Counted from the first letter of the stretch, positions 1-7,632 are shown. The stretch: 17,496 bases of DNA from Nanobdellati archaeon (GCA_016182015.1 JACOYC010000023.1:1-17496), one strand, 5' to 3'. The notes: a model not told the origin generated them from the sequence alone. Made by a program: numbers and translations.

Positions 1-1
1 G

Positions 2-1876
2 AACGCGACAATGCCGATGGGAACAAGGGCAGTGCCAACAGGTGGTCCGCAAGTCATGACCTCGCTTACAAGCCAGGATGATGACTATAAGGACGGCGTG
101 TTTATTGAGACAGACAAGAAAGCCTTGGGCTACTTCTACCAGTTTGACTCAGCAATAAACATATCCAAAGCGTCAACTTCAGAACCGCTGGCAATAAAGT
201 TCTTGGGCAAGAACCTCAAGATAACAGCAGTTGCAGTTGGTGCCGCGACAAATGCAGAGACACAATTCACAGCCCGGGTTGGAGAGGAAGTTTTCCTGAA
301 TGTCGGCGACACTGTAACAATTGAAGGCAAGAAGGTTACCTTGAAGAACGTCGGTTCAGCCTCAACGAATCCGGTAATAGTGGACGTTGATGGTGTTGTT
401 GAAACTGTAACAGGCACAGAGACTGTAAACGGCTTAGAGCTTAGTGTGTCAGACACGTTCTTTTCAGACGCGACAGGCGACAAGTTCGTTGTTCCTTGCG
501 GAGCAGCATGGCACCGTGTCGGCTGCAAGAAAGAAGACCCTGACTGGGTATGGGACACAGCTAACCTGACAGCAAATGCGGCGACGGTCCTGACATCCGG
601 AAGCGGGCCAGTATTGGGCATCTTGAGCAACTACATCATAAACGACAACTCAGACAACCCGATAACAGTCGGCGGAAAATACGACTTCCCATCCGGCGGA
701 TTTGCAGTCCAGTTCGACAAGCTGACAATACCTGATGACAGGTATGTAACAGTGACAGTAAGGTTTGACGGATCAGCAGATTTCAGCCAGGCAGGCGCGA
801 GCTTCGCAGGCCAAACTTCAGAGCCATCGATTGCAATAGAAGCAGACAAGTCTGAAAGTTTGAAAGTTACAGCTGGCGGAACAAACAAGAAAGTTTCGCA
901 AATCTGGCTAAGCCTGAACGACTCCACTGGTGGCGTAGCCGCTAGCAATAACATGACCGATGTGTTTTACAAAGACCCGGCAGACAACAAGGTAAAGCTG
1001 GCAGCAACATACAATGCATCTGCAGCAGGCAACAACGCAACCGGCGCATTCGCGCAGATTGAGTATGAGGACACGAAGTCCACAAATGTTGAACTGCGAC
1101 TCTATGCGGCCGGAACAAACCAGTTTGCAACAGGTGTTGACCCATGGAACCTGTCGTTTAGTGTTGTGGACGACAACGCATATATAACTGCAGGAACAGA
1201 CGACATATTTGTCTGGCTTGGAAACGACGCGACCGGCGAATTCGACACACTAGGTAGAACTGCAAACACCGAAGAAGCTGAAGAAGTCAGATGGAACGGC
1301 TCTGCAAGATTCGGTTCTACAAATGTGCTCATTGGAACAAAGGATGAAAACCACAGGACGCAATACGGAAATATCATCGTGGACCCAAAGAGCAACGGCG
1401 CATCAAACCGAGCTAAGTTCCGCATACCAGCAGATGTTGTAAGGGCAAAGGTATCACTGGTCGGCCCGGAGACAACTGTAACAACAAGCGGCGGAGCGGT
1501 GCAGGTCAGTTCAGTAGCTGGCGTCCCAGTAGCAAAGCTGGACACAGAAGTGACTGACAAGACAGCCTTCCACAGTATATTGGTCGGCGGTCCGGCAGTC
1601 AACAGACTGACAGCATCAGCGATGGGCAAGGCCTACCCAAGCACAGGCAGCGACTCTGGCGTGCCAGAGAATGCAGCTATGCTAAGGCTTGTCGAGAACG
1701 CGTTCGGTGGAACAAAGACAGCATTGATTGTTGCAGGGTGGAGCGCAAGCAACACAAGAGATGCATCAACAGTGCTGAAGGACTACATGTCCTACGCGGA
1801 CAAGCTGAAGGGCAAAGACGTCACTGTTACCAGCTCGGCTGGAGTAATAACAGTGTCTGCTCCAAGCGTTGCGTAA
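2..1876 (+). CDS. Archaeal S-layer (surface-layer) protein, 5'-partial; the frame is open to the window start
   Basis: Long ORF with no upstream stop and no signal peptide after the first in-window Met, so the N-terminus lies outside the window. T/S/V/G/N-rich composition with many N-x-S/T sequons. The C-terminal block ILVGGPAVNRLTA...ALIVAGWSASNTRDA resembles the C-terminal domain of archaeal S-layer proteins. A hairpin plus T-tract follows the gene. Confidence 0.7.
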   Translation, partial: NATMPMGTRAVPTGGPQVMTSLTSQDDDYKDGVFIETDKKALGYFYQFDSAINISKASTSEPLAIKFLGKNLKITAVAVGAATNAETQFTARVGEEVFLNVGDTVTIEGKKVTLKNVGSASTNPVIVDVDGVVETVTGTETVNGLELSVSDTFFSDATGDKFVVPCGAAWHRVGCKKEDPDWVWDTANLTANAATVLTSGSGPVLGILSNYIINDNSDNPITVGGKYDFPSGGFAVQFDKLTIPDDRYVTVTVRFDGSADFSQAGASFAGQTSEPSIAIEADKSESLKVTAGGTNKKVSQIWLSLNDSTGGVAASNNMTDVFYKDPADNKVKLAATYNASAAGNNATGAFAQIEYEDTKSTNVELRLYAAGTNQFATGVDPWNLSFSVVDDNAYITAGTDDIFVWLGNDATGEFDTLGRTANTEEAEEVRWNGSARFGSTNVLIGTKDENHRTQYGNIIVDPKSNGASNRAKFRIPADVVRAKVSLVGPETTVTTSGGAVQVSSVAGVPVAKLDTEVTDKTAFHSILVGGPAVNRLTASAMGKAYPSTGSDSGVPENAAMLRLVENAFGGTKTALIVAGWSASNTRDASTVLKDYMSYADKLKGKDVTVTSSAGVITVSAPSVA

Positions 1877-1886
1877 GCCAAAAGCC

Positions 1887-1918
1887 GGGGAGAAATCTCC
1901 CCTTTCTTTTTTATTTTT
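1887..1918 (+). terminator. Hairpin (GGGGAGA/TCTCCCC) followed by a T-rich tract, downstream of the S-layer gene
   Basis: GGGGAGA at 1887-1893 pairs with TCTCCCC at 1896-1902, followed by TTTCTTTTTTATTTTT. It starts 11 nt after the stop codon. Confidence 0.5.
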
Positions 1919-1933
1919 AAAATTTATTTTAAA

Positions 1934-1995
1934 CCAGAGAAAAGTTTAGTGAAACTTTTCTTGGCCAAGAAAATTTTTAAAGAAATTTTCTTTGG
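1934..1995 (+). repeat. Two tandem A/T-rich hairpins of similar sequence (about 31 nt each)
   Basis: AGAAAAGTTT (1938-1947) pairs with AAACTTTTCT (1952-1961). CCAAGAAAATTT (1965-1976) pairs with AAATTTTCT(T)TGG (1983-1995) with one bulged T. Both units have CCA...TGG ends. Confidence 0.5.
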
Positions 1996-2108
1996 ATTCG
2001 AAAAACCAACAACCAACAACAGAATAATCAATTACTAACGCAACCAATTACTAACAACTAATAACATAAGCATATATCAGTTACGTATTACATTGTGTAT
2101 TACAGAAA

Positions 2109-2118
2109 CCTTTAAATT
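2109..2118 (+). promoter_or_regulatory. TATA-like box for the 2137 gene
   Basis: CCTTTAAATT lies about 20-28 nt upstream of ATG 2137. It is preceded by the direct repeat GTATTACA at 2085-2092 and 2097-2104. Confidence 0.45.
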
Positions 2119-2136
2119 TCTTTCTAATTCAAAAGA

Positions 2137-2832
2137 ATGCGTGTTGGAATGGCAGACGAACAGCTAAGAGAGCAACCAAAGGATTTCATAAAACCGCTTG
2201 AACTGCAGAAGAAGCCATCAATCTGGCCGAAAATAATTGTTATCTGCATTGTTTTTTTCATGGTCGCGTGGGTTGTGGCAGGCTTCTCGACTGACATTTT
2301 CAGTGGCAAGGCGAAATTGCCAAAGAACGCCTTCCAGATAGGAGGCTATACATTTTACACCTTAGAAGATGGGACATTTGGCACTTACACTGCGATTGGC
2401 CAGCAGAAAATACCAATTGCATTCAGGCTTGACCCGCGGAAAGCCGGCGACATACCGTTTTTTGAAAGCGTGCTTGGCACCATTTTAAATTCCGAAAAGG
2501 TGTACATTACGTTTGACCCGGACAATCCAAAAGAGCGCGGCAAGCTGGCAGTCGCGGCTGCAGAAATTTCCAGAATTACCAGCTTATACCAGATAGAAAC
2601 AACGGCAGCATTCACCCACGATACTAATCCGATAGAACCTAAAATCCCCATAAGAAGCTGCGGCAATGCAAAGGCAGGCGTTTCAATAATAGAGCTTAGG
2701 TTTTCTGATAGGATATACATTGGCGTTGATCAGTCAGACAATCGCTGCATCGTGGTAGAAGCGCCGACCGGCGATGATTTGATATTGGCTGCGGATAAGC
2801 TGGGTATGAATCTTGTCGGGATACGTGTTTAA
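2137..2832 (+). CDS. Hypothetical membrane-anchored protein (one N-terminal TM helix, extracytoplasmic body)
   Basis: 231-aa ORF with hydrophobic helix IIVICIVFFMVAWVVAGF near the N-terminus. TATA-like box upstream. The next ORF begins 3 nt after its stop, which looks like an operon. No recognisable family motif. Confidence 0.55.
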   Translation: MRVGMADEQLREQPKDFIKPLELQKKPSIWPKIIVICIVFFMVAWVVAGFSTDIFSGKAKLPKNAFQIGGYTFYTLEDGTFGTYTAIGQQKIPIAFRLDPRKAGDIPFFESVLGTILNSEKVYITFDPDNPKERGKLAVAAAEISRITSLYQIETTAAFTHDTNPIEPKIPIRSCGNAKAGVSIIELRFSDRIYIGVDQSDNRCIVVEAPTGDDLILAADKLGMNLVGIRV

Positions 2833-2835
2833 ACT

Positions 2836-3471
2836 ATGGTTGGAAAAATAGCAAAGCGTATGTTTGTTGCCATGATTTTTACAGCGTTTATCTTTCTGCT
2901 GGGTTTTTATGCAAGCTCCGTGCTGGTTGAATCGAAGTTCGAGTCACTGCAGCGCGCGCAGGATGAGATTCAGATAGATACGGTCAGCCTTGAAATTGAG
3001 TCAAGCCTGCTGGCCGAAAATCCGTGTAATCTTGCGGGTCTTGAGGAGCTGGGCGCAAGACTTGGCGATCTTGGCCCGAAGCTTGACTACATGGAAAAAC
3101 AGTCAAGAGCAAAAGATTTTGAAAATCTAAAGAAATACTATGCGCTGCTGGAGATTAAGCACTGGCTGGCAATCCAGAAAAGCAACCGCGAGTGCAATTC
3201 AAACTACACGCCGATACTCTATTTCTACTCAAATTCTGAATGCGATGGCTGCAGGCTGCAGGGCCCGCTGATACTTGAGCTAAAGGCGAAAAACCCGAAG
3301 ACAATGGTATATTCATTTGATGTGAACTCGGGCTTGCCGGCCATAAAAATCCTAAAAGGAAATTATAAAATAACAATCGTGCCGACAATAATTATTGGAA
3401 ATAAGAAGTACGAAGGCTACATGGGCAGCGCAGAGCTTGAAAATGCTACTGCCTATGCAAAATCTGGTTAA
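2836..3471 (+). CDS. Membrane-anchored thioredoxin-fold protein with a CxxC active site
   Basis: N-terminal TM helix (FVAMIFTAFIFLLGFYASSVLV). ILYFYSNSECDGCRLQGP has the strand-CxxC-helix layout of thioredoxin-like proteins. A downstream IVPTIII segment fits the cis-Pro loop. Confidence 0.6.
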   Translation: MVGKIAKRMFVAMIFTAFIFLLGFYASSVLVESKFESLQRAQDEIQIDTVSLEIESSLLAENPCNLAGLEELGARLGDLGPKLDYMEKQSRAKDFENLKKYYALLEIKHWLAIQKSNRECNSNYTPILYFYSNSECDGCRLQGPLILELKAKNPKTMVYSFDVNSGLPAIKILKGNYKITIVPTIIIGNKKYEGYMGSAELENATAYAKSG

Positions 3472-4720
3472 TTATACTGTTCTTCCAGACTACGCCGCCG
3501 AATTTGAGTTCGCGCGCAAATAACTTTGCATAAATTGCAGCAAGCCACCAGAGTGCGAACAGCCATGTGTAAAAAAACACATAAAGAAAATATGGCAGGT
3601 AGAGTTTTTCTTCCCTGCCAGACCTGCTCCAGCCGAAATAAAGCATTATCGCGCCGAAGATGAGAAAACAGATTGCCAGCGCAGAAACTACACCCGGAGA
3701 ATAAAACGGCAGAAGTGACAAGCTTGATTTTATGCCGGCCAAAAAATCGAAGTTGCTGGCATGAAAATTCAAAACGTTACGTATTACATCTGCCAGTATC
3801 CGCTTCGCTGAGTATGCAAACATCGCTATCGAAAAACCTATCGAGTAAAGCGCAAGCGGCAGTATAAACACGCCAAGCAGGCCATGCTCTGACGCCATAA
3901 GCCTGCGGTATTTTATTATGTTCTCGAAAAAGCCAAGATACCATCGCAGCCGCTGCCGCATTAATTGGGAAAAACCCTGCGGGGATGATGTGTAAACAAC
4001 GCCATCCGGCGCGTTTTCTATTTTCAGGTGCTGGCTTTGTATGCGCAGCGCAACTTCCATATCTTCTGTTATGTTGTCTTCGTCAAAACCGCCGGTTTTT
4101 CGGAAATAATCCAGCCTATAAATTGTCATCGGGCCAGGCGCGACATGTATGCTGCCAAGAAACGCAAAAACCTTGCGCAGGAATATGCCATAAATATATT
4201 CTAGGCTCTGTACATGCTCCCAGATGTTTTTTGGTTTGTATACCTTAAGGGCAGGCGTTACAGCGACAACTTCGGAATCAGAAAAATAGGGCAGCATATT
4301 TAGCAGCACGTTGGGTGTAGCATAAGAATCGGAATCTATCGCCCCGAAAATATCGCCAGTCGCTTTTTTAAGCGCGAAATTTACCGCCCTTCCCTTGCCG
4401 CCTTCCTTAATGCTGTAAACTATAACACCATCCTTTTCAAACGCCCTTGCGATTTTTAGTGTGCCATCGTTTGAGTTGTTGTTTTCAACAACAATTATTT
4501 CAAGCCTGCCTTTTGGGTAGTTTATGTTGAGCAGCGATTTGATTGTGTTTGCAATTGTGTCAGCGGCGTTCCAGGCCGGCACAACAATCGTGACTCTTGG
4601 GAATTTTGCCATTTTTACAGGCCTGCTGGCAGGCTCTTCTTCAAGGAAGGTCAGAACGAAAAATACAGCCGCAAACATGCCAATAAACATACCAACATAT
4701 ACGCCCAACTCGATTAACAT
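3446..4720 (-). CDS. Family-2 glycosyltransferase of the membrane-embedded processive synthase type (NodC/IcaA/chitin- or cellulose-synthase-like)
   Basis: N-terminal TM helix, then VTIVVPAWNAADTI (GT-A start), DSDS (DxD-like), ITEDMEV (TED) and QRLRWYLG (Q-x-x-R-W), followed by about four C-terminal TM helices. TATA-like ATTTAAAA at 4741-4748 lies upstream on the minus strand. Confidence 0.8.
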   Translation of the reverse strand: MLIELGVYVGMFIGMFAAVFFVLTFLEEEPASRPVKMAKFPRVTIVVPAWNAADTIANTIKSLLNINYPKGRLEIIVVENNNSNDGTLKIARAFEKDGVIVYSIKEGGKGRAVNFALKKATGDIFGAIDSDSYATPNVLLNMLPYFSDSEVVAVTPALKVYKPKNIWEHVQSLEYIYGIFLRKVFAFLGSIHVAPGPMTIYRLDYFRKTGGFDEDNITEDMEVALRIQSQHLKIENAPDGVVYTSSPQGFSQLMRQRLRWYLGFFENIIKYRRLMASEHGLLGVFILPLALYSIGFSIAMFAYSAKRILADVIRNVLNFHASNFDFLAGIKSSLSLLPFYSPGVVSALAICFLIFGAIMLYFGWSRSGREEKLYLPYFLYVFFYTWLFALWWLAAIYAKLFARELKFGGVVWKNSIINQILHRQ

Positions 4721-4789
4721 GACATGAAAGTATGGGATAAATTTAAAACTCTATCGCTCAGCAAAGCCAATAAAAAATTTACTTTAATT

Positions 4790-5737
4790 CTAACTAAATG
4801 TAAATACAACTCTATGCAGTACGCCAAGCGCTAGGACTACAATTATTGTAGCTATGAATGCTTGTTCAGTCATGTGTTTGAATTTTGAATTCAGCACATA
4901 TTTTTCAAGCTCGTAAAACGCAAAGCCTGCCAGGCATACAAAAGCTGTTGCTAAATACGGCAGGCCAAGCTGTAGGTTGACAAGCTGCGTTATGAATCCC
5001 AAAAAAATTGCAATCGCCGCGCTGACAAATAACAGAGCCGCTTTTTTGTCTTTTGTTATGCCAGCATACGCACCATAGAGTCCGATGTAAATTGGAAGCG
5101 AGCCCGCAAATGCAAGCACACTCTTGTAAACTTTTGGCGCGGAAGAAATTGTGAAGTAGTTTGTGTACTTGCCAAAAAGAAAAATTGCCGCAGGCGTTAT
5201 CTTGAAAAGCAAAAAAACTCCCAATATGCAGGCCGTGCTGGCCATTATAAATTTAAGCTCATCCTGTCCAACTTCCTTGTGTTTTAGTTTGATTAGTCCG
5301 ATATAAATTAAGTATGCAGGTATTAACAGAAGGCTGTAAAAATGAATGAACGCAAAAACAACTGGTACAATAAGCGCAAGCCTCCAGTCAAAGTCCTTAA
5401 CCCGCGAAAAGAAATAAAGGCTGGCGATGAAGAGCAGCACGCCCATAGTATGTGTAAGCTGCGCAGTTGTTTTCCAGGTGTAAATCTGGATTGGCACCAT
5501 TAGAGCTGCGGAGAACAGGCCGGCTTTCACACTGCCGGTAATGCGCTCTGCGGTGATAAATACAAAAATAATAACTGCGGCGCCAGCAGCTATAGAAAAA
5601 ACACCCTCCCAGAAATTTATTGCCGGCGGCGGAGATGCTATAAGCTCATAGGCGTTTAAGCCTAATGATAACGAAAGGAAGGCCAGCAGATACAGATAAT
5701 CGCGGGCAGTCCGGCTTGTGCCATTGCTTTTTTCCAT
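4790..5737 (-). CDS. Polytopic integral membrane protein of unknown function (about 9-10 TM), directly upstream of the GT2 synthase
   Basis: 315-aa ORF that is almost entirely hydrophobic helices. Palindromic TTTATAAA at 5759-5766 lies 22-29 nt upstream of the ATG. Same strand as the GT2 gene with a 69-nt gap. No diagnostic motif recognised. Confidence 0.55.
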   Translation of the reverse strand: MEKSNGTSRTARDYLYLLAFLSLSLGLNAYELIASPPPAINFWEGVFSIAAGAAVIIFVFITAERITGSVKAGLFSAALMVPIQIYTWKTTAQLTHTMGVLLFIASLYFFSRVKDFDWRLALIVPVVFAFIHFYSLLLIPAYLIYIGLIKLKHKEVGQDELKFIMASTACILGVFLLFKITPAAIFLFGKYTNYFTISSAPKVYKSVLAFAGSLPIYIGLYGAYAGITKDKKAALLFVSAAIAIFLGFITQLVNLQLGLPYLATAFVCLAGFAFYELEKYVLNSKFKHMTEQAFIATIIVVLALGVLHRVVFTFS

Positions 5738-5775
5738 TAGAAAGATGATAATTTTGGTTTTATAAATGTTTAATT

Positions 5776-5848
5776 CTAAGACCCAAGGGGGCTCTGCCCC
5801 CTTCGTTCTTAGTCACTTCCAATCCCCCGATGCCATCTGCGATGGCAT
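5776..5848 (-). terminator. Two-hairpin GC-rich module immediately 3' of truD (copy 1 of a repeated module)
   Basis: ATGCCATC (5830-5837) pairs with GATGGCAT (5841-5848), 3 nt after the truD stop. A longer imperfect hairpin spans 5776-5812 around GGGGGC/GCCCCC (5787-5801). A related module lies at 8109-8184. Confidence 0.45.
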
Positions 5849-5851
5849 AAA

Positions 5852-7099
5852 TTAACCACTCAAAACTTTTACTAATTCTGTTGCATATGCTCCCTTCGGC
5901 AGTTCAAAATTCAGTTTTAGCTTAAATTTCCCTGCGTTTAACTCATCTTTCTCAAGTTTTCCAAGTTTTAATTTCTTTGGCTTTATGATTGCGGCGCGGG
6001 CTGTCCCCTCAGACGCGAGTTCAGGCATCCGCGAACATCTGAATGAATCAAGCGTTAAGTTATCTGCGAATAATAACTTTTTAATTTCCTGCGAGAATTT
6101 ATCTTTTCCTAATTTTGTTTTGAAACCCGGAACAGCGTAGGATTTTTTCAATTTCCGAAGCGGAACTTTAAGTTTCGCGCGGCCCAGCTGAATTTTGTTC
6201 AGCTTGGGTGTTTTTGAATTTGCAACTTTCTCCAAACCAGCATTCCACAAATAACTCTGGTACGCGTGCACATACATCCTCCGCGTTGGCTTTGGAATCT
6301 TTCGCAGCGCGCCCGCGAAGTCAGTTGGGACTTGGACAAGATGTTTTAGCACGGTTGTTTCAATCCCAAGGAATTTCGGGCAAGCTTGTAGCAGTGTATC
6401 CCAACTACTAAATTTCTTCTTGGCCAGCGCCCTAAACTTGCTTGCCTCGCCATTACCAGAGCCGAGCGAAGCTCGGCGAGGCGCAGCGAAGCTTGCTTCG
6501 CTTGCGTCCTTTTCTGAGTACGTCAGAAGATAGTAAACCGCATCCTTGAAATAGCCGCGCACGATCTCCCTGCCGATTAATGCGGAGTTCCCGCCGCCGA
6601 ACCGCTGCTCGCCGAAATAATTGGGAAAGCCATCCTTATTTAATATTAAATACTGTTCTTTAATATTATTTATTTCGTTTCTGCTCAAATCCCGCAGCAC
6701 AATCTCAAACCGGTTCCCAGTCAAATCGCCGAGCGCTAATCTCTCAGTAAACCCAAGAAAATGCAAAGCATTTTCTGGGCCCAGCCGAACTTTGTTCGGC
6801 TTGGGCTTTCCAACGATCTCGATCCCAATATCCTTCAGCCGTAAATTAGACAATCTTTCCGGCGGAATCTGAAACGCAGAAACCAATTGCTTTGTAACAG
6901 CGTTCGCGTCCTTGGTGCCGGCAAAGTGAAACCGCGCAAACGAAACATTCAGCGCCTTCGCAATCGCAAGTATCGCTCGGACGGTTGTGTAGTTTCTTTT
7001 ATTTAGCCAGAAGTAAGTATGCTGGCCAGCAGCATCTGGTTTTGGCAGCTTGATTAATTCTTCAACTCTGAAATCTTCAGGAATTTGTTTTAGTTTCAT
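5852..7099 (-). CDS. truD: tRNA pseudouridine synthase, TruD/Pus7 family
   Basis: N-terminal MKLKQIPEDFRVEE and the catalytic-Asp motif FAGTKDANAVTKQ are typical of TruD. Length of 415 aa fits archaeal members. Confidence 0.88.
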   Translation of the reverse strand: MKLKQIPEDFRVEELIKLPKPDAAGQHTYFWLNKRNYTTVRAILAIAKALNVSFARFHFAGTKDANAVTKQLVSAFQIPPERLSNLRLKDIGIEIVGKPKPNKVRLGPENALHFLGFTERLALGDLTGNRFEIVLRDLSRNEINNIKEQYLILNKDGFPNYFGEQRFGGGNSALIGREIVRGYFKDAVYYLLTYSEKDASEASFAAPRRASLGSGNGEASKFRALAKKKFSSWDTLLQACPKFLGIETTVLKHLVQVPTDFAGALRKIPKPTRRMYVHAYQSYLWNAGLEKVANSKTPKLNKIQLGRAKLKVPLRKLKKSYAVPGFKTKLGKDKFSQEIKKLLFADNLTLDSFRCSRMPELASEGTARAAIIKPKKLKLGKLEKDELNAGKFKLKLNFELPKGAYATELVKVLSG

Positions 7100-7100
7100 C
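7071..7100. repeat. 30-nt direct repeat, copy A (functional truD start codon plus first 9 codons)
   Basis: AAATCTTCAGGAATTTGTTTTAGTTTCATC matches 7517-7546 at 29 of 30 positions (hand count). Confidence 0.9.
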
Positions 7101-7166
7101 TTATTTTATAATTACTACTAATAAACAAGGCGTAATGTTTATAAGCTTTAGAATGCAAATAATTCC

Positions 7167-7517
7167 ATGGAGAAGAAATATTTATTTTTGATTGTTATGG
7201 GTATGATATTATTGTTTGTACTTATGTCTACAGAAAAAGAAACAACATTTAGCGTAAACACAGTGAATAATGGATTACGCATGATTAAAGTTGATGTCAC
7301 ATTGCCGCTAAATGAAGATGAGGCATGCGAGGTAGCAAAAGCAGCAGCAACGGCATTTAGCAGTAGCCGAGAGTTTGAATGTGATGAAATTAGCAGACTG
7401 AGCAATACAGAAATTCAAGTAGCAGATGTTTCCATAGATGAAAATAATTTTGGAACAGCAACTGTGGCCAGCATAAATGAAAAAGATAGAACAATTAATT
7501 TTTACTCATCGCCATAA
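7167..7517 (+). CDS. Small orphan secreted or membrane-anchored protein (116 aa) inside an AT-rich insert
   Basis: N-terminal hydrophobic segment YLFLIVMGMILLFVLM. Own TATA-like TTTATAAG at 7138-7145, 22-29 nt upstream of the ATG. Bracketed by the 30-nt repeats. No family recognised. Confidence 0.5.
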   Translation: MEKKYLFLIVMGMILLFVLMSTEKETTFSVNTVNNGLRMIKVDVTLPLNEDEACEVAKAAATAFSSSREFECDEISRLSNTEIQVADVSIDENNFGTATVASINEKDRTINFYSSP

Positions 7518-7546
7518 AATCTTCAGGGATTTGTTTTAGTTTCATC
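7517..7546. repeat. 30-nt direct repeat, copy B (decoy truD start)
   Basis: AAATCTTCAGGGATTTGTTTTAGTTTCATC. On the minus strand it reads ATG (7545) MKLKQIPEDF and then runs into MAMSKN-stop. Confidence 0.9.
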
Positions 7547-7566
7547 ACGAGTAGTGTAATTCACGA

Positions 7567-7574
7567 ATTAAAAA
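7567..7574 (-). promoter_or_regulatory. Orphan TATA box (TTTTTAAT on the minus strand) upstream of the decoy truD start
   Basis: It lies 22-29 nt upstream of the decoy ATG at 7545. This is the same spacing seen at most genes in the window. Confidence 0.5.
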
Positions 7575-7632
7575 CTTTGCTGGCAGAAAAAACAGCTTAA
7601 CTCCAGATTTCAAAATATTAGTGTGCGTTTTG

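Noticed and set aside
136-1629. Minus-strand ORFs 136-630, 631-954, 942-1145 and 1102-1629 opposite the S-layer gene
   Set aside because: They tile the antisense strand of a long, compositionally coherent CDS. Their S/T/P/V/A-rich, motif-less translations are typical antisense shadows, and none has a TATA-like box at the usual spacing.
3446-3471. 26-nt overlap of the convergent thioredoxin-like and GT2 genes as a regulatory feature
   Set aside because: Short 3'-3' overlaps are common in compact genomes, and the CTAG and TTAA shared stops elsewhere in this window show the same pattern. Nothing points to more than compaction.
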